A stretch of 64,000 bases of DNA. Source: Clostridia bacterium (GTDB lineage: Bacteria > Bacillota > Clostridia > Peptostreptococcales > Anaerovoracaceae). Shown in pieces: positions 17,791 through 26,723 of the stretch (the first letter of the stretch is position 1; every line of letters begins with the position of its first letter). The position numbers and the translations under genes were made by a program. The notes under the pieces are model-generated. The model worked only from the letters and a program-made list of their open reading frames with translations. It searched no databases and was not told where the DNA came from. Location of the stretch: the NCBI GenBank assembly GCA_024689865.1, contig JAILDA010000022.1, positions 2,244 through 66,243 on the forward strand, written 5' to 3'.

Positions 17791-19695
17791 ATGAGCAACG
17801 CAGCATCCGCAGAGAAAGACCGTCAGATGGACCAGAGGCTCCACGACGAATTCTTTTCCGAAGAGGGCAAGGCAAAGAGAAAGAAGAACATACACAGATT
17901 CTTCTGGATCGCACTTGCGTTAGTTATCGTACTTGCATTCGTTAACTGGGGCGTCGTTACGGGCTTCGGCAACGTAAAGATCACCAGGACCACCATAACA
18001 GGTCCGGAAGGTGTGCCCCTGAGCGCTCTCGTGTACATTCCGTCTAACGCAACAGACGAGACCCCTGCACCGGCCATCATGTGCACACACGGCAACGCCG
18101 GTAACGCCAGGAACCACGAGTCCTGGGCAGTAGAATTCGCAAGGCGCGGATTCGTAGTAATGTCCATAGACCAGTACGGCGCCGGAGACTCCGGACAGTA
18201 TCTGGACAGCTGGGCGCTTAACGAGGCTTCCATGGTCTACGTAGCCGACGCGTATTACAACGTACTGGCTTCCATGAGAAACGTAGATGCCAGCAGGATC
18301 ATCCCGGCCGGCCACTCCATGGGCTGCTGCACCGCCAAGGCAATGGCAGTAAAGCACAATACTCTCGGCGTCATCAACGCTTCCGGCATGGGCATGAGCT
18401 TCTACGGCAAGGAACTTTCCGAGGCATGGAGCAAGTACACCGGAAACGTTCTTACCACTAACGGCGACGTGGAATCCCCGGCCGCGAAATTCATTGCTGA
18501 TACCATGAAGGCCGCTCCTGCGCTCGAGGGCAGAGCAGGCTATTCCGGCGGAGACATAGAGCTGGACAAGCTCTACGGTTCCTTCGAGAACGGCAACGCG
18601 TTCTATGCAACAAGAGACTATCAGCGCATCCACGAGGCTGCCTTCGTTAACCAGGGCGCCATCGAAAAGCTTATCTGGTTCGCGCAGGAGACCGTAGGTC
18701 AGGCTAACGTTCCCAACTACATAGAAGCTTCCAACCAGATATGGATGTACAAGGACTACGTAGGACTTGCAGGCATACTCTGCTTCGGCGCTCTTATCTG
18801 TGCCATCGCTCTGATGCTGATCGAAGGCGTTCCTGCATTCAGTTCCGTAAAGCAGCCGCTTCCCAGAAACATAGGCCTCCGCGGCAAGGGCTTCGCAATA
18901 AGCGCGATCTGCGGAATAATCTTCCCCTGGATAGTGCTTAAGACCGGTACATTCGGCATCCTTACTCCCAAGAACAAGAACGCCATACGCGCAGGATTCA
19001 ACCTGACCTATGCAAACGTCGCGTTCTTTACGATAATAGGTCTGTCCGTTCTGGGCGTGCTGACATTCATACTCTTCTGCTGCATAGACGGCAAGAAGCA
19101 CAAGATGACCGTATCCGACCTGGGAATGACAGCCTACGGCGAAAAGAAGATAACCTTCAGCTACATCTGGAAGACGATACTCGTAGCGACCGCTACGCTG
19201 GCGATATCGTTCGGCCTGATCCTCCTGCAGGAGACCATCACCGGTACGGACTTCTACGCATGGTTCTTCGGATTCAAGAGCATTCCGCTCTTTAAGATCC
19301 CGTACTTCCTGCCTTACATCTGCATATGGGTACCGTGCTTCGTGCTCTCCAACCTGGGCAACAACATAGAGCGCAGGCTCCCGACTACCGGTGTGGAGTG
19401 GAAGGACACTCTCAGGGCTATCGTTATAAACGTCATCCTGGCAGAGTTTACTCTGGTGCTGATCATAGCGCTCAAGTGGCACTTCCAGTCTGTGGGATCC
19501 GCGGCAGACACTTCGTTCCTTCTGAACTTCAATGCCGACACTCAGAGGCTCTGGGGAATGCCGGCAGGCATGGCAGTAGGAGTAGGCGGCTCCACATACC
19601 TGTTCAGAAAGACCGGAAACCTGTGGCTTTCCGCCATCCTGATGGGTACCGTTGCATGCCTTACCTGCGTGCTCTTCGGCCAGCTGAGAGTCTGA
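17791..19695 (+). CDS. Alpha/beta hydrolase domain fused to a C-terminal polytopic membrane domain
   Basis: One TM after a charged N-terminus. Nucleophile elbow GHSMG. Seven or more TM helices from about residue 330. Start set at 17791 (AAGGAGA SD). Confidence 0.75.
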   Translation: MSNAASAEKDRQMDQRLHDEFFSEEGKAKRKKNIHRFFWIALALVIVLAFVNWGVVTGFGNVKITRTTITGPEGVPLSALVYIPSNATDETPAPAIMCTHGNAGNARNHESWAVEFARRGFVVMSIDQYGAGDSGQYLDSWALNEASMVYVADAYYNVLASMRNVDASRIIPAGHSMGCCTAKAMAVKHNTLGVINASGMGMSFYGKELSEAWSKYTGNVLTTNGDVESPAAKFIADTMKAAPALEGRAGYSGGDIELDKLYGSFENGNAFYATRDYQRIHEAAFVNQGAIEKLIWFAQETVGQANVPNYIEASNQIWMYKDYVGLAGILCFGALICAIALMLIEGVPAFSSVKQPLPRNIGLRGKGFAISAICGIIFPWIVLKTGTFGILTPKNKNAIRAGFNLTYANVAFFTIIGLSVLGVLTFILFCCIDGKKHKMTVSDLGMTAYGEKKITFSYIWKTILVATATLAISFGLILLQETITGTDFYAWFFGFKSIPLFKIPYFLPYICIWVPCFVLSNLGNNIERRLPTTGVEWKDTLRAIVINVILAEFTLVLIIALKWHFQSVGSAADTSFLLNFNADTQRLWGMPAGMAVGVGGSTYLFRKTGNLWLSAILMGTVACLTCVLFGQLRV

Positions 19696-19739
19696 TCCAA
19701 AGATCGTACGACAGAGACCTTCAAATAAATGCATGAAGA

Positions 19740-19778
19740 ACCGCGCAACTGTTATCCGGTTGCGCGGTCTTTCTTTAT
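19740..19778 (+). terminator. Rho-independent terminator
   Basis: 10-bp stem ACCGCGCAAC/GTTGCGCGGT, followed by CTTTCTTTAT. Confidence 0.8.
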
Positions 19779-19785
19779 GTAAGGC

Positions 19786-19813
19786 TTGAAAAAAATGCAG
19801 TTTTACATATAAT
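19786..19813 (+). promoter_or_regulatory. Sigma-A-like promoter (TTGAAA-16-TATAAT)
   Basis: Hexamers at 19786-19791 and 19808-19813. This gives a 5' UTR of about 120 nt for the SDR gene. Confidence 0.5.
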
Positions 19814-19938
19814 ATAAGAAAATACGATAAGCAGACCCGGACTTTGGGATCAGGACGCCGTTCGTTCGGATCCCGGGGCGCAAGAAGCGGATAGTTCGGC
19901 TCAACGGACATCAAATCAGAAAACAGACAGGTAATACC

Positions 19939-20766
19939 ATGAATAACGTATACGGAAAACACGTGCTGGTAACGGGAGCTTCCCGCGGAATAGGCGAAGC
20001 GGTTGCCAAGGCTTTCGCGGCCGAGGGCTGCAGCGTAGTGGCAGTCTCCAGAAACTGCGAGGAAAAGACCGAGCAGGTACCCGGAGGCGGCAGCATAACA
20101 TATAAGCGTATGAACGTCTCGGACGAGGCGTCCGTAGCGGCCGTAGTGGACTCTATGGAGCGTGTGGACATTGCGTTCCTTGCCGCAGGCATGGGGATAG
20201 CCGGCGCAGCGGAAGAAATGCCGCTGGACCTTATCCGCGCCCAGATGGAGACCAACTACTTCGGAACGCTCACCGTAGGAAGCAAGGTCCTCCCCAGGAT
20301 GAGGGAGCAGGGCAAAGGACTGTTCATAGTCGTCGGATCCATAGCCGGCAAGGTGCCCATCCCCATGCAGGGCCACTATTCCTCCAGCAAATACGCGCTC
20401 GAGGCTTACGTGGAGACCGTATCCATGGAGATGAGGCCGTTCGGCGTGCGCGCCGTAATAGTTGAGCCCGGCGACACCAAGACCGGATTCACCGCGGCCA
20501 GAAAGACCTACACCAAGGAAGGCTCGCCGTACTACAAGGCAGTCGTGGACAGCGTGGAGCGCATGGCCAAGGACGAACAGGGCGGCAAGAGCCCGGATAC
20601 CGTGGCCGCCGTTGCGCTTAAGCTTGCCGGCAAGACCAACCCGCCGCCGCGCGTAGCCATAGGCTTCGAATACAAGGCTCTGATGTTCATCCTCCGCTTC
20701 TTGCCCGACAGGCTGAAGCGCTGGATACTCACAAAGATGTACCTGCCGGTGCAGCCCGGAAAATAA
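19939..20766 (+). CDS. Short-chain dehydrogenase/reductase (SDR) family oxidoreductase
   Basis: TGASRGIG cofactor motif and YSSSK catalytic motif. Confidence 0.9.
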   Translation: MNNVYGKHVLVTGASRGIGEAVAKAFAAEGCSVVAVSRNCEEKTEQVPGGGSITYKRMNVSDEASVAAVVDSMERVDIAFLAAGMGIAGAAEEMPLDLIRAQMETNYFGTLTVGSKVLPRMREQGKGLFIVVGSIAGKVPIPMQGHYSSSKYALEAYVETVSMEMRPFGVRAVIVEPGDTKTGFTAARKTYTKEGSPYYKAVVDSVERMAKDEQGGKSPDTVAAVALKLAGKTNPPPRVAIGFEYKALMFILRFLPDRLKRWILTKMYLPVQPGK

Positions 20767-20851
20767 GGGGAATTCGGGCGTTCCGGATAATAAGGGGACC
20801 AAGGAGTTCCTTTATGCAAGGGATATGAGAAAGCGTTTTAGGGGATGCAGA

Positions 20852-21736
20852 ATGAAAGCTAAAAGAATATTACGGGCTGCTGCCGCCATGCTTTTGGCGG
20901 TGCTCCTTCTTGCGGCGCTTGCCGCCTGCGGGAAGAACAACGATAACACGGCCCACAAGCACAATTACATAGAGAAGGTCACCAAGCCCGCCACTTGCGT
21001 GGAAGAAGGTCTGGCCACATATACCTGCTACGGATGCGGAGACACTTATACAAAGCCGATCCCGGTGTCCGACATTCACAAGTACAAGAAGACCGTCATT
21101 AAAGAGGCCACCTGCGCCGAAGACGGCGAGGCATCGCTGCTCTGCGAGCTTTGCGGAGCCACTAAGACGGAGATCATCCCGGCTACCGGCAACCACATGT
21201 ACGTTCTAAAGGAGACTCAACCGGCCACCTGCGTGGCGGAAGGTAAAGAGATCTACCAGTGTCAGAACTGCGACAGCACCTTCGAGGACACCGTGCCGCC
21301 CACAGGCAAGCACATCTACGAGTCCTTGGTGACAAAGGAGCCCACCTGTGTTCTGGAAGGCACCATGACCTACACCTGCACGGTCTGCGGTGACAGTTAC
21401 ACAGAACCGATCCCTGCCACAGGCAAGCATAACTACATCAGAGAAGAGATATTAAAGCAGCCTACTTGTGTAAAGGGTCAGAAGAAGCTTACCTGCGCAA
21501 CCTGCAGCGACTTCATCGTGGAGGACATCCCCCCAACGGAGGATCATGTTTATAAAGAATGGCTTGTCCTTAGGGCACCCACCACCACTGAGCCAGGACT
21601 AGAACGTAGCTTCTGCGATAACGGCTGCGGCAACTTCTTTGAGCGCGAGATCCCGGCGCTGCCTCCGGAGGAACCGGAAGAACCGGGAGAGGAGCCTGCT
21701 GAAGGCGGCGAAGGCGGTCAGACCGGCGGAAATTAA
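20852..21736 (+). CDS. Lipoprotein made of six tandem Cys/His-containing repeats of about 39 aa, with an acidic Pro/Glu/Gly tail
   Basis: Lipobox LAAC. The repeats follow H-x-Y-x(6-8)-[AP]TC-x3-G-x(4-5)-C-x2-C-x(7-8)-IP-x-[TS]-[GDE]. Start set at M10 of the track ORF. Confidence 0.75.
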   Translation: MKAKRILRAAAAMLLAVLLLAALAACGKNNDNTAHKHNYIEKVTKPATCVEEGLATYTCYGCGDTYTKPIPVSDIHKYKKTVIKEATCAEDGEASLLCELCGATKTEIIPATGNHMYVLKETQPATCVAEGKEIYQCQNCDSTFEDTVPPTGKHIYESLVTKEPTCVLEGTMTYTCTVCGDSYTEPIPATGKHNYIREEILKQPTCVKGQKKLTCATCSDFIVEDIPPTEDHVYKEWLVLRAPTTTEPGLERSFCDNGCGNFFEREIPALPPEEPEEPGEEPAEGGEGGQTGGN

Positions 21737-21824
21737 CGGACCTGACGGCATCGCGCGGGATCAGCGGAGCGAACCGATCGAGCCGCTGACAAAAAAGCGC
21801 AAAGCTGTAACATAGGAAAAATTA

Positions 21825-21869
21825 CAAAAAGGCCCTGCAACTTAATTTGAGTTGCAGGGCCTTTGTTTC
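21825..21869. terminator. Bidirectional rho-independent terminator between convergent genes
   Basis: 13-bp perfect stem AGGCCCTGCAACT/AGTTGCAGGGCCT (21830-21842 / 21850-21862), flanked by A- and T-tracts. Confidence 0.85.
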
Positions 21870-21936
21870 TCTAAACCGTTGAAATTACTGCATTATTCAG
21901 TTTGCTCTGTGTCGGAAATTACAGTTTAGTCCGTAA

Positions 21937-23559
21937 TTACAGCTCCGCGAAGCGCTTCTTTCCGGCGTTCATCAGCCAGGCGTTGATGCCAAGCGAAGCC
22001 ACCAGGAACACGGCTATGAGTATGCGCATGTAGGTCTCCGGCGCCATGGTCTTTCTGAGCACGAATATGTAGAGCGCCGCGATTGCAAGGATCAGCACCC
22101 AGCTTCCGAACAGCGCAAGTACAACCGCCGCGCCCTGCTTTACCGCCATCGTCTCGTTGGTCCAGTTAAGGTTGGGGAAGCGCAGGCCGAGCATCAGCCC
22201 CAGGTTCGCGCAGAAATAGGTAAACAGTATCACCAGCACCGCGCAGTACACTATGCCCATGATGTCCAGTTTAAACACCCACGCCGAAGCCGCAAGGAAT
22301 ATCAGGCAAGGCACCAGCGTAAGAATAAGATGCAGGTTGCGTTTGGCTCCGAAGATCTGCATGGTATCCACCGGCAGGGACTTACTCAGCCAAAGCGTCT
22401 TGGCATCCAGCGCTATGCCGGGTGCGGAAATGTCGTTGGTAGCGGAGAAGAAGCACAGCACGGTCCCTACCAGAAGCGTAACATAGCTTTGGATCGGGAA
22501 CTTTCCCAGCACACTGCCGAGCTGCTGCTTAAGCATCTCCAGGAACATAAGGATGTCCGCGCGCTTTATTATCATGGCAACGGCCGCTACTACTATGAAC
22601 AGCGTTCCCATGCTGCTGTTTAGCATGTAAGCGGGGCTTCCGAGATAGTGCTTGAATTCCTTCCTGAGCAGCGCTCTAGGCACGCTCTGCGCCTCGGTCC
22701 TCTTTTCCTTGTATTCTACGGACTTTACCTTTTCTGTGCGGGTAGCTATCTTAAAGAACGTGCGCGACAGAACGAAGCAGACTACCGCGAACAGGGCCAC
22801 GCAGATGACCGCGAAGATCAGGAACGACACCACGTCGCCGGCGCAGCCTACGCCCATCTTGTAGAAAGGATAGATGTAGGCGCTTACGCTGCCTTCGATG
22901 ACATCTATGTTGGCCAGCATGTTGTTGAGTATGGTGTTTACCCGGAAGTAGAACAGATAGTAGGCTCCCAGGAACACCAGCGTGGCTATGACTGTAAGAG
23001 CGTTCTTCTTGGGGAAGAGCCCTACCACCAGAGCAACCAGCCAGCCCAGTATGCAGGCAAGCGCGGTGCCCATCAGCGCGATGAAGAATATGGACAGTAT
23101 GCCGAATACCGACGTTGCCGCAGGCACAGGGTATCCGCTGGTCCAAAGGATTATCATGGCCGGTATTATGGCAAGCGCCGAGAACAGCACCGACATTATG
23201 TATAAGGAAGATATCTTGCTGATCAGCAAGGTCCCCGGACGTATGGGCAGCGCCAGAAGCAGTTCGTTGTCCTTGGCCTTATAAAGCATGCTGTAGGTCA
23301 TGAATACGCTGCCGAGTATGCTTATGGCAAGAGCCATGAGTCCTACCATGGACATGTAGAGCCACAGCCTGTCCGGCAGGATCACCGAGAACGCGGTGGA
23401 AAAGCCCAGAAACGCAGTGCCTAGGGAAATGTAGCAAAAGGCGAACAGTATGGCTAAGCCTATTATGCCGCCCTTGGAGCGCCTGGTGCCTTTCCTGCGG
23501 TCTGTAGTGATGCCCGCGGTAAGCGCCATGAACTCCTTTTTAAGTAGCGCTTTAAGCAT
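21937..23559 (-). CDS. ABC exporter permease (putative ABC-exporter family, polytopic)
   Basis: About 540 aa with many TM helices. Start at MLKALLKKEF with a GGAGGAGG SD, overlapping the upstream ATPase gene by 8 nt. Confidence 0.75.
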   Translation of the reverse strand: MLKALLKKEFMALTAGITTDRRKGTRRSKGGIIGLAILFAFCYISLGTAFLGFSTAFSVILPDRLWLYMSMVGLMALAISILGSVFMTYSMLYKAKDNELLLALPIRPGTLLISKISSLYIMSVLFSALAIIPAMIILWTSGYPVPAATSVFGILSIFFIALMGTALACILGWLVALVVGLFPKKNALTVIATLVFLGAYYLFYFRVNTILNNMLANIDVIEGSVSAYIYPFYKMGVGCAGDVVSFLIFAVICVALFAVVCFVLSRTFFKIATRTEKVKSVEYKEKRTEAQSVPRALLRKEFKHYLGSPAYMLNSSMGTLFIVVAAVAMIIKRADILMFLEMLKQQLGSVLGKFPIQSYVTLLVGTVLCFFSATNDISAPGIALDAKTLWLSKSLPVDTMQIFGAKRNLHLILTLVPCLIFLAASAWVFKLDIMGIVYCAVLVILFTYFCANLGLMLGLRFPNLNWTNETMAVKQGAAVVLALFGSWVLILAIAALYIFVLRKTMAPETYMRILIAVFLVASLGINAWLMNAGKKRFAEL

Positions 23560-24271
23560 TGTCTGCCTCCTCCGCAAGCTCCAGGAAGACTTCTTCCAGG
23601 GATTCGTCGCCCTTAACTTCGTCCATTGTGCCGGACTTTATAAGCTTTCCGCCCTTTATGATGGCCACTTTGTCGCAGAGCTTTTCCGCGACTTCCAGAA
23701 CGTGTGTGGAGAAGAATATGGCTCCGCCGTTGTCGCAGATCTTTCTCATTATCTGCTTAAGGTTGTGGCTGGCTACAGGGTCCAATCCAACGAACGGTTC
23801 GTCCATTAAAATAAGCTTCGGGTCGTGGATCAGCGCGGAAATTACGGCCAGCTTCTGTTTCATACCGTGGGAATAGCTGCTTATGGGGTTGGCCAGGCTC
23901 CTCTCCAGGTCGAAAAGCTGCGAATACTCGCGTATACGCTCCGCTCTGGCGTCCGCGCTTACACCGAATATGTCCGCAATGAAGTTGAGATACTGAATGC
24001 CTGTCATAAACTCGTACAGGTCCGGGTTGTCCGGTATGTACGCCGTTACTTTCTTGCATTCCAGCGGCTCGCTTACGACGGAATGGCCGTTTATGGTTAT
24101 CTCGCCTTCGTCGAAGTTCATTATTCCGGATACTGCTTTAAGCGTGGTGGTCTTGCCGGCGCCGTTGTGGCCTATGAATCCGTAGATCTCGCCGGGCTGG
24201 ATGTGGAGGCACAGGTCGTCCACGGCCTTTGTGTCTCCGTACTTCTTGGTAAAATGTTCGATCTTAAGCAT
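23552..24271 (-). CDS. ABC transporter ATP-binding protein
   Basis: Walker A GHNGAGKTT, signature-like YSHGMKQK and Walker B LILMDEPFVGLD. Confidence 0.92.
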   Translation of the reverse strand: MLKIEHFTKKYGDTKAVDDLCLHIQPGEIYGFIGHNGAGKTTTLKAVSGIMNFDEGEITINGHSVVSEPLECKKVTAYIPDNPDLYEFMTGIQYLNFIADIFGVSADARAERIREYSQLFDLERSLANPISSYSHGMKQKLAVISALIHDPKLILMDEPFVGLDPVASHNLKQIMRKICDNGGAIFFSTHVLEVAEKLCDKVAIIKGGKLIKSGTMDEVKGDESLEEVFLELAEEADNA

Positions 24272-24311
24272 GTTTATCTCCTTATATACTTTAAGGATGT
24301 TCTTTCGGTAT

Positions 24312-24339
24312 ATTATAGACCTCCGGAACGATACTTCAA
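24312..24339 (-). promoter_or_regulatory. Sigma-A-like promoter (TTGAAG-16-TATAAT) of the ABC operon
   Basis: On the minus strand, TTGAAG at 24334-24339 and TATAAT at 24312-24317. Confidence 0.55.
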
Positions 24340-24467
24340 GTGTTTATTCTAGCTTATCTATATGACAGTGCGGTGACAGAAGATCAAGGGGCAGTCTCTG
24401 TGCCGCAGTCTTGGCAAATAGCGAAGCGGGCCCATACGGGTCCGCTTTAAAAGTCCTGTATTAAGGT

Positions 24468-24902
24468 CTAATACCTTCTTTTGCTCCTTTTTTCCCTGAT
24501 GCCTACTATTATTGCGCCTAAAGCGATGAGCGTCATGAAGGTGTAGATCTCCTTGCGGCGCTCGGTCTCCGGGTCTGTCTGCCCGCCGTCCTCCGAGTTA
24601 CTGTTTTCGCTGCCATCCATCGTTGCGCTCTGACCGGTGCCGTCCGGTGCTCCGGTGGGCTCCGACGCTCCTATTGTAGTAGTATCGCCGGCGGGGGCGG
24701 TGCTTTCCGAGCCTTTTTCAGACGCTGCAAGCAGTCCGTCGCCGCTCTTGGCGAAAGCGGTGGCCGCGCAGGCAAATATAAGAAACACGGCCAGCGCCAG
24801 GGCAAGGATCTTGGGGATCAGCGCTTTCGGAATAAGTCTTCCGGGCTTTCCGGACGCTTTTCCTGCGAGCTTTGCAGTGTTTGTATCATTACAGCGGCGC
24901 AT
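24468..24902 (-). CDS. Secreted low-complexity protein with a C-terminal TM anchor and basic tail (hypothetical)
   Basis: Signal peptide ending AFA, a Ser/Thr/Gly/Asp-rich middle and a C-terminal TM plus REKRSKRRY. No LPXTG motif seen. Confidence 0.55.
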   Translation of the reverse strand: MRRCNDTNTAKLAGKASGKPGRLIPKALIPKILALALAVFLIFACAATAFAKSGDGLLAASEKGSESTAPAGDTTTIGASEPTGAPDGTGQSATMDGSENSNSEDGGQTDPETERRKEIYTFMTLIALGAIIVGIREKRSKRRY

Positions 24903-25060
24903 TACAGTCTGCCTCCGATAAGCATGAACAGATATACGCCCATGCCGAGCACCATTATGGCTGCAAGCGCTATGCAGAATATTCTTACGGCCAGAGTGCG
25001 GCTGCTGGTCTTCTTAACGGGTGCGTACGTATATTTTTTTACTGTCTTTTTATTGGGCAT
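24902..25060 (-). CDS. Small membrane protein (52 aa), not in the ORF track
   Basis: My own translation: MPNKKTVKKYTYAPVKKTSSRTLAVRIFCIALAAIMVLGMGVYLFMLIGGRL. GGAGGAGG SD 7 nt upstream. Its TAA overlaps the ATG of the next gene (TAATG). Confidence 0.5.
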   Translation of the reverse strand: MPNKKTVKKYTYAPVKKTSSRTLAVRIFCIALAAIMVLGMGVYLFMLIGGRL

Positions 25061-25571
25061 GTATGCATTCCTCCTCCGGAAGGGCGTTTTCAGCCATGGG
25101 CATTATGCCTGCGTCCGCGCCCGGACCGGGCATTTCCTGCCCGGGTGCAAGAACGTCCGCCCCTGTCTGCAGGATCTCTATGTCCAGCTGTTTGTCCGCG
25201 TCGAACAATCCCTTAAAGCTGATCGAATAATCTATGGAAAGGCTCCCCGAGGTCTGGGCAAAGCCGCCCAGGCCGGAGATCTTGTTGGTAAGTATCTCCA
25301 CGCCGAAATTGCCGTACGGCGTTGCGTACAGCCCGTGCAGCCTGCGTCCCTTTTCGAAGATGAGCTCCGTGGGGGATTCCATGCTGCTTCCGGTCCTCTT
25401 TACCCTTACGCGCTTGGGCGTGATGGTAAGGCTGGTGGAACAGCCCTCGAAGCCGGACATTACAGTTTCGTCGTACTGGATAAGCGTGGTGCTGCCCTTG
25501 GTGTAAAGGCGCCCCTCCGTTACGAGCTCCAAGCCGTCGTCACTTTTTATTTTCAGCATTATATCTTTCAT
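25050..25571 (-). CDS. DUF1934 (YwiB-like beta-barrel) family protein
   Basis: The sequence pattern (LYTKGSTTLIQYDE...TITPKRVRVKRTG...) resembles DUF1934. An alternative start lies at 25559. Confidence 0.6.
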   Translation of the reverse strand: MKDIMLKIKSDDGLELVTEGRLYTKGSTTLIQYDETVMSGFEGCSTSLTITPKRVRVKRTGSSMESPTELIFEKGRRLHGLYATPYGNFGVEILTNKISGLGGFAQTSGSLSIDYSISFKGLFDADKQLDIEILQTGADVLAPGQEMPGPGADAGIMPMAENALPEEECIHAQ

Positions 25572-26610
25572 AGCCGAATTCGATTATCTTTTCTACGATC
25601 TGTGTGTATGTGAGCCCGGTAGCCATGAACAGCATCGGGAACATGCTTATTTTAGTAAATCCGGGTATTGCGTTTATCTCGTTAAGGTAAATTTCCTGTG
25701 AATCTTTGTCCACAAGGAAGTCCACGCGCGAGAATCCGCTGCAGCAGCAGGCCAGATATGCTTTTATTGCCTCCGCGCGGATCTCGTCCGCAAGCTGCGG
25801 GCTTATTTCTGCCGGTACCACGGTGCGGCTGGTGCTGCTGTGATACTTGGCGTCGTAGTCGTAGAACTCCGCTTCGGTAAGGATCTCGCCCACGGCTCCG
25901 GCTATAGGCTTCAGGTTGCCCATAACGGCGGTCTCCAGCTCTCTGGCGTTTATGCCCTGCTCCACCACTATGCGGGTGTCGTAGACGGCCGCGATGTTGA
26001 GGGCCTTTATAAGGTTAGCAGGGTCGTTTACTTTGGTGATCCCGACGGAAGAGCCCATGTTTGCGGGCTTTACGAACAGCGGGTACTTAAGGGTTTCGTT
26101 TATTTCCGCGATCTTTGCCGGTCCTATCTCCGTGGAGTTTAGCGCAACGTAGGGAACCTGTTTTATCCCTGCGGACTTGAAAACGTCCTTTGCTGCTATC
26201 TTGTCCATCGTAAGCGCACACCCAAGAACGCCGCTTGCCGCGTACGGGATGTCCAGAAGCTCCAGCACGCCCTGCACCGTTCCGTCCTCGCCGTTGGGGC
26301 CGTGAAGCACGGGGAATACGAAATCGCAGATGTCCTTAAGCCCTTTGCCGCCGGTACCGAGTATCGTAAGGGCGAAGTGCTCCGGGTCCTCGGCAAGCTC
26401 TGCCTTGGCGATCTTCTCCCAGGCGCCGGACTCTATGTTGTCCACCGGGCCTTCGTAGAGGAGCCACTCGCCGGCTTTTGTTATGCCTATGGTGATTATG
26501 TCGTATTTTTCCTTGTCTACCGCTCTTATTACAGAAGTAGCGGAAATGCAGCTGATCTCGTGTTCTCCGGACTTTCCTCCGAACAGGACAGCCAGTCTTG
26601 TTTTAGCCAT
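25540..26610 (-). CDS. ddl: D-alanine--D-alanine ligase
   Basis: N-terminal LAVLFGGKSGEHEISCISA, VLHGPNGEDGTVQG and an ATP-grasp core ending in EINAIPGFT. Confidence 0.95.
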   Translation of the reverse strand: MAKTRLAVLFGGKSGEHEISCISATSVIRAVDKEKYDIITIGITKAGEWLLYEGPVDNIESGAWEKIAKAELAEDPEHFALTILGTGGKGLKDICDFVFPVLHGPNGEDGTVQGVLELLDIPYAASGVLGCALTMDKIAAKDVFKSAGIKQVPYVALNSTEIGPAKIAEINETLKYPLFVKPANMGSSVGITKVNDPANLIKALNIAAVYDTRIVVEQGINARELETAVMGNLKPIAGAVGEILTEAEFYDYDAKYHSSTSRTVVPAEISPQLADEIRAEAIKAYLACCCSGFSRVDFLVDKDSQEIYLNEINAIPGFTKISMFPMLFMATGLTYTQIVEKIIEFGYERYNAENKK

Positions 26611-26723
26611 AGTTCACCTCCGGTGCGTTTTAGTACTCATTATTATATCACATAATAGGGCGGTGCGGTAGCGTGCAGACGCTAAACGATGCGTGCGGAA
26701 AGGATCACCGGCCGGGCGGTCTG

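Noticed and set aside
17920-20802. 960-aa minus-strand ORF, the longest ORF in the window.
   Set aside because: - It runs antisense to two well-supported plus-strand genes (the GHSMG hydrolase and the TGASRGIG/YSSSK SDR) and straight through their terminator and promoter region.
- Its product is Gly/Ala/Arg/His/Val/Tyr-rich with no motifs.
- The pattern is the usual stop-poor antisense frame of GC3-rich genes.
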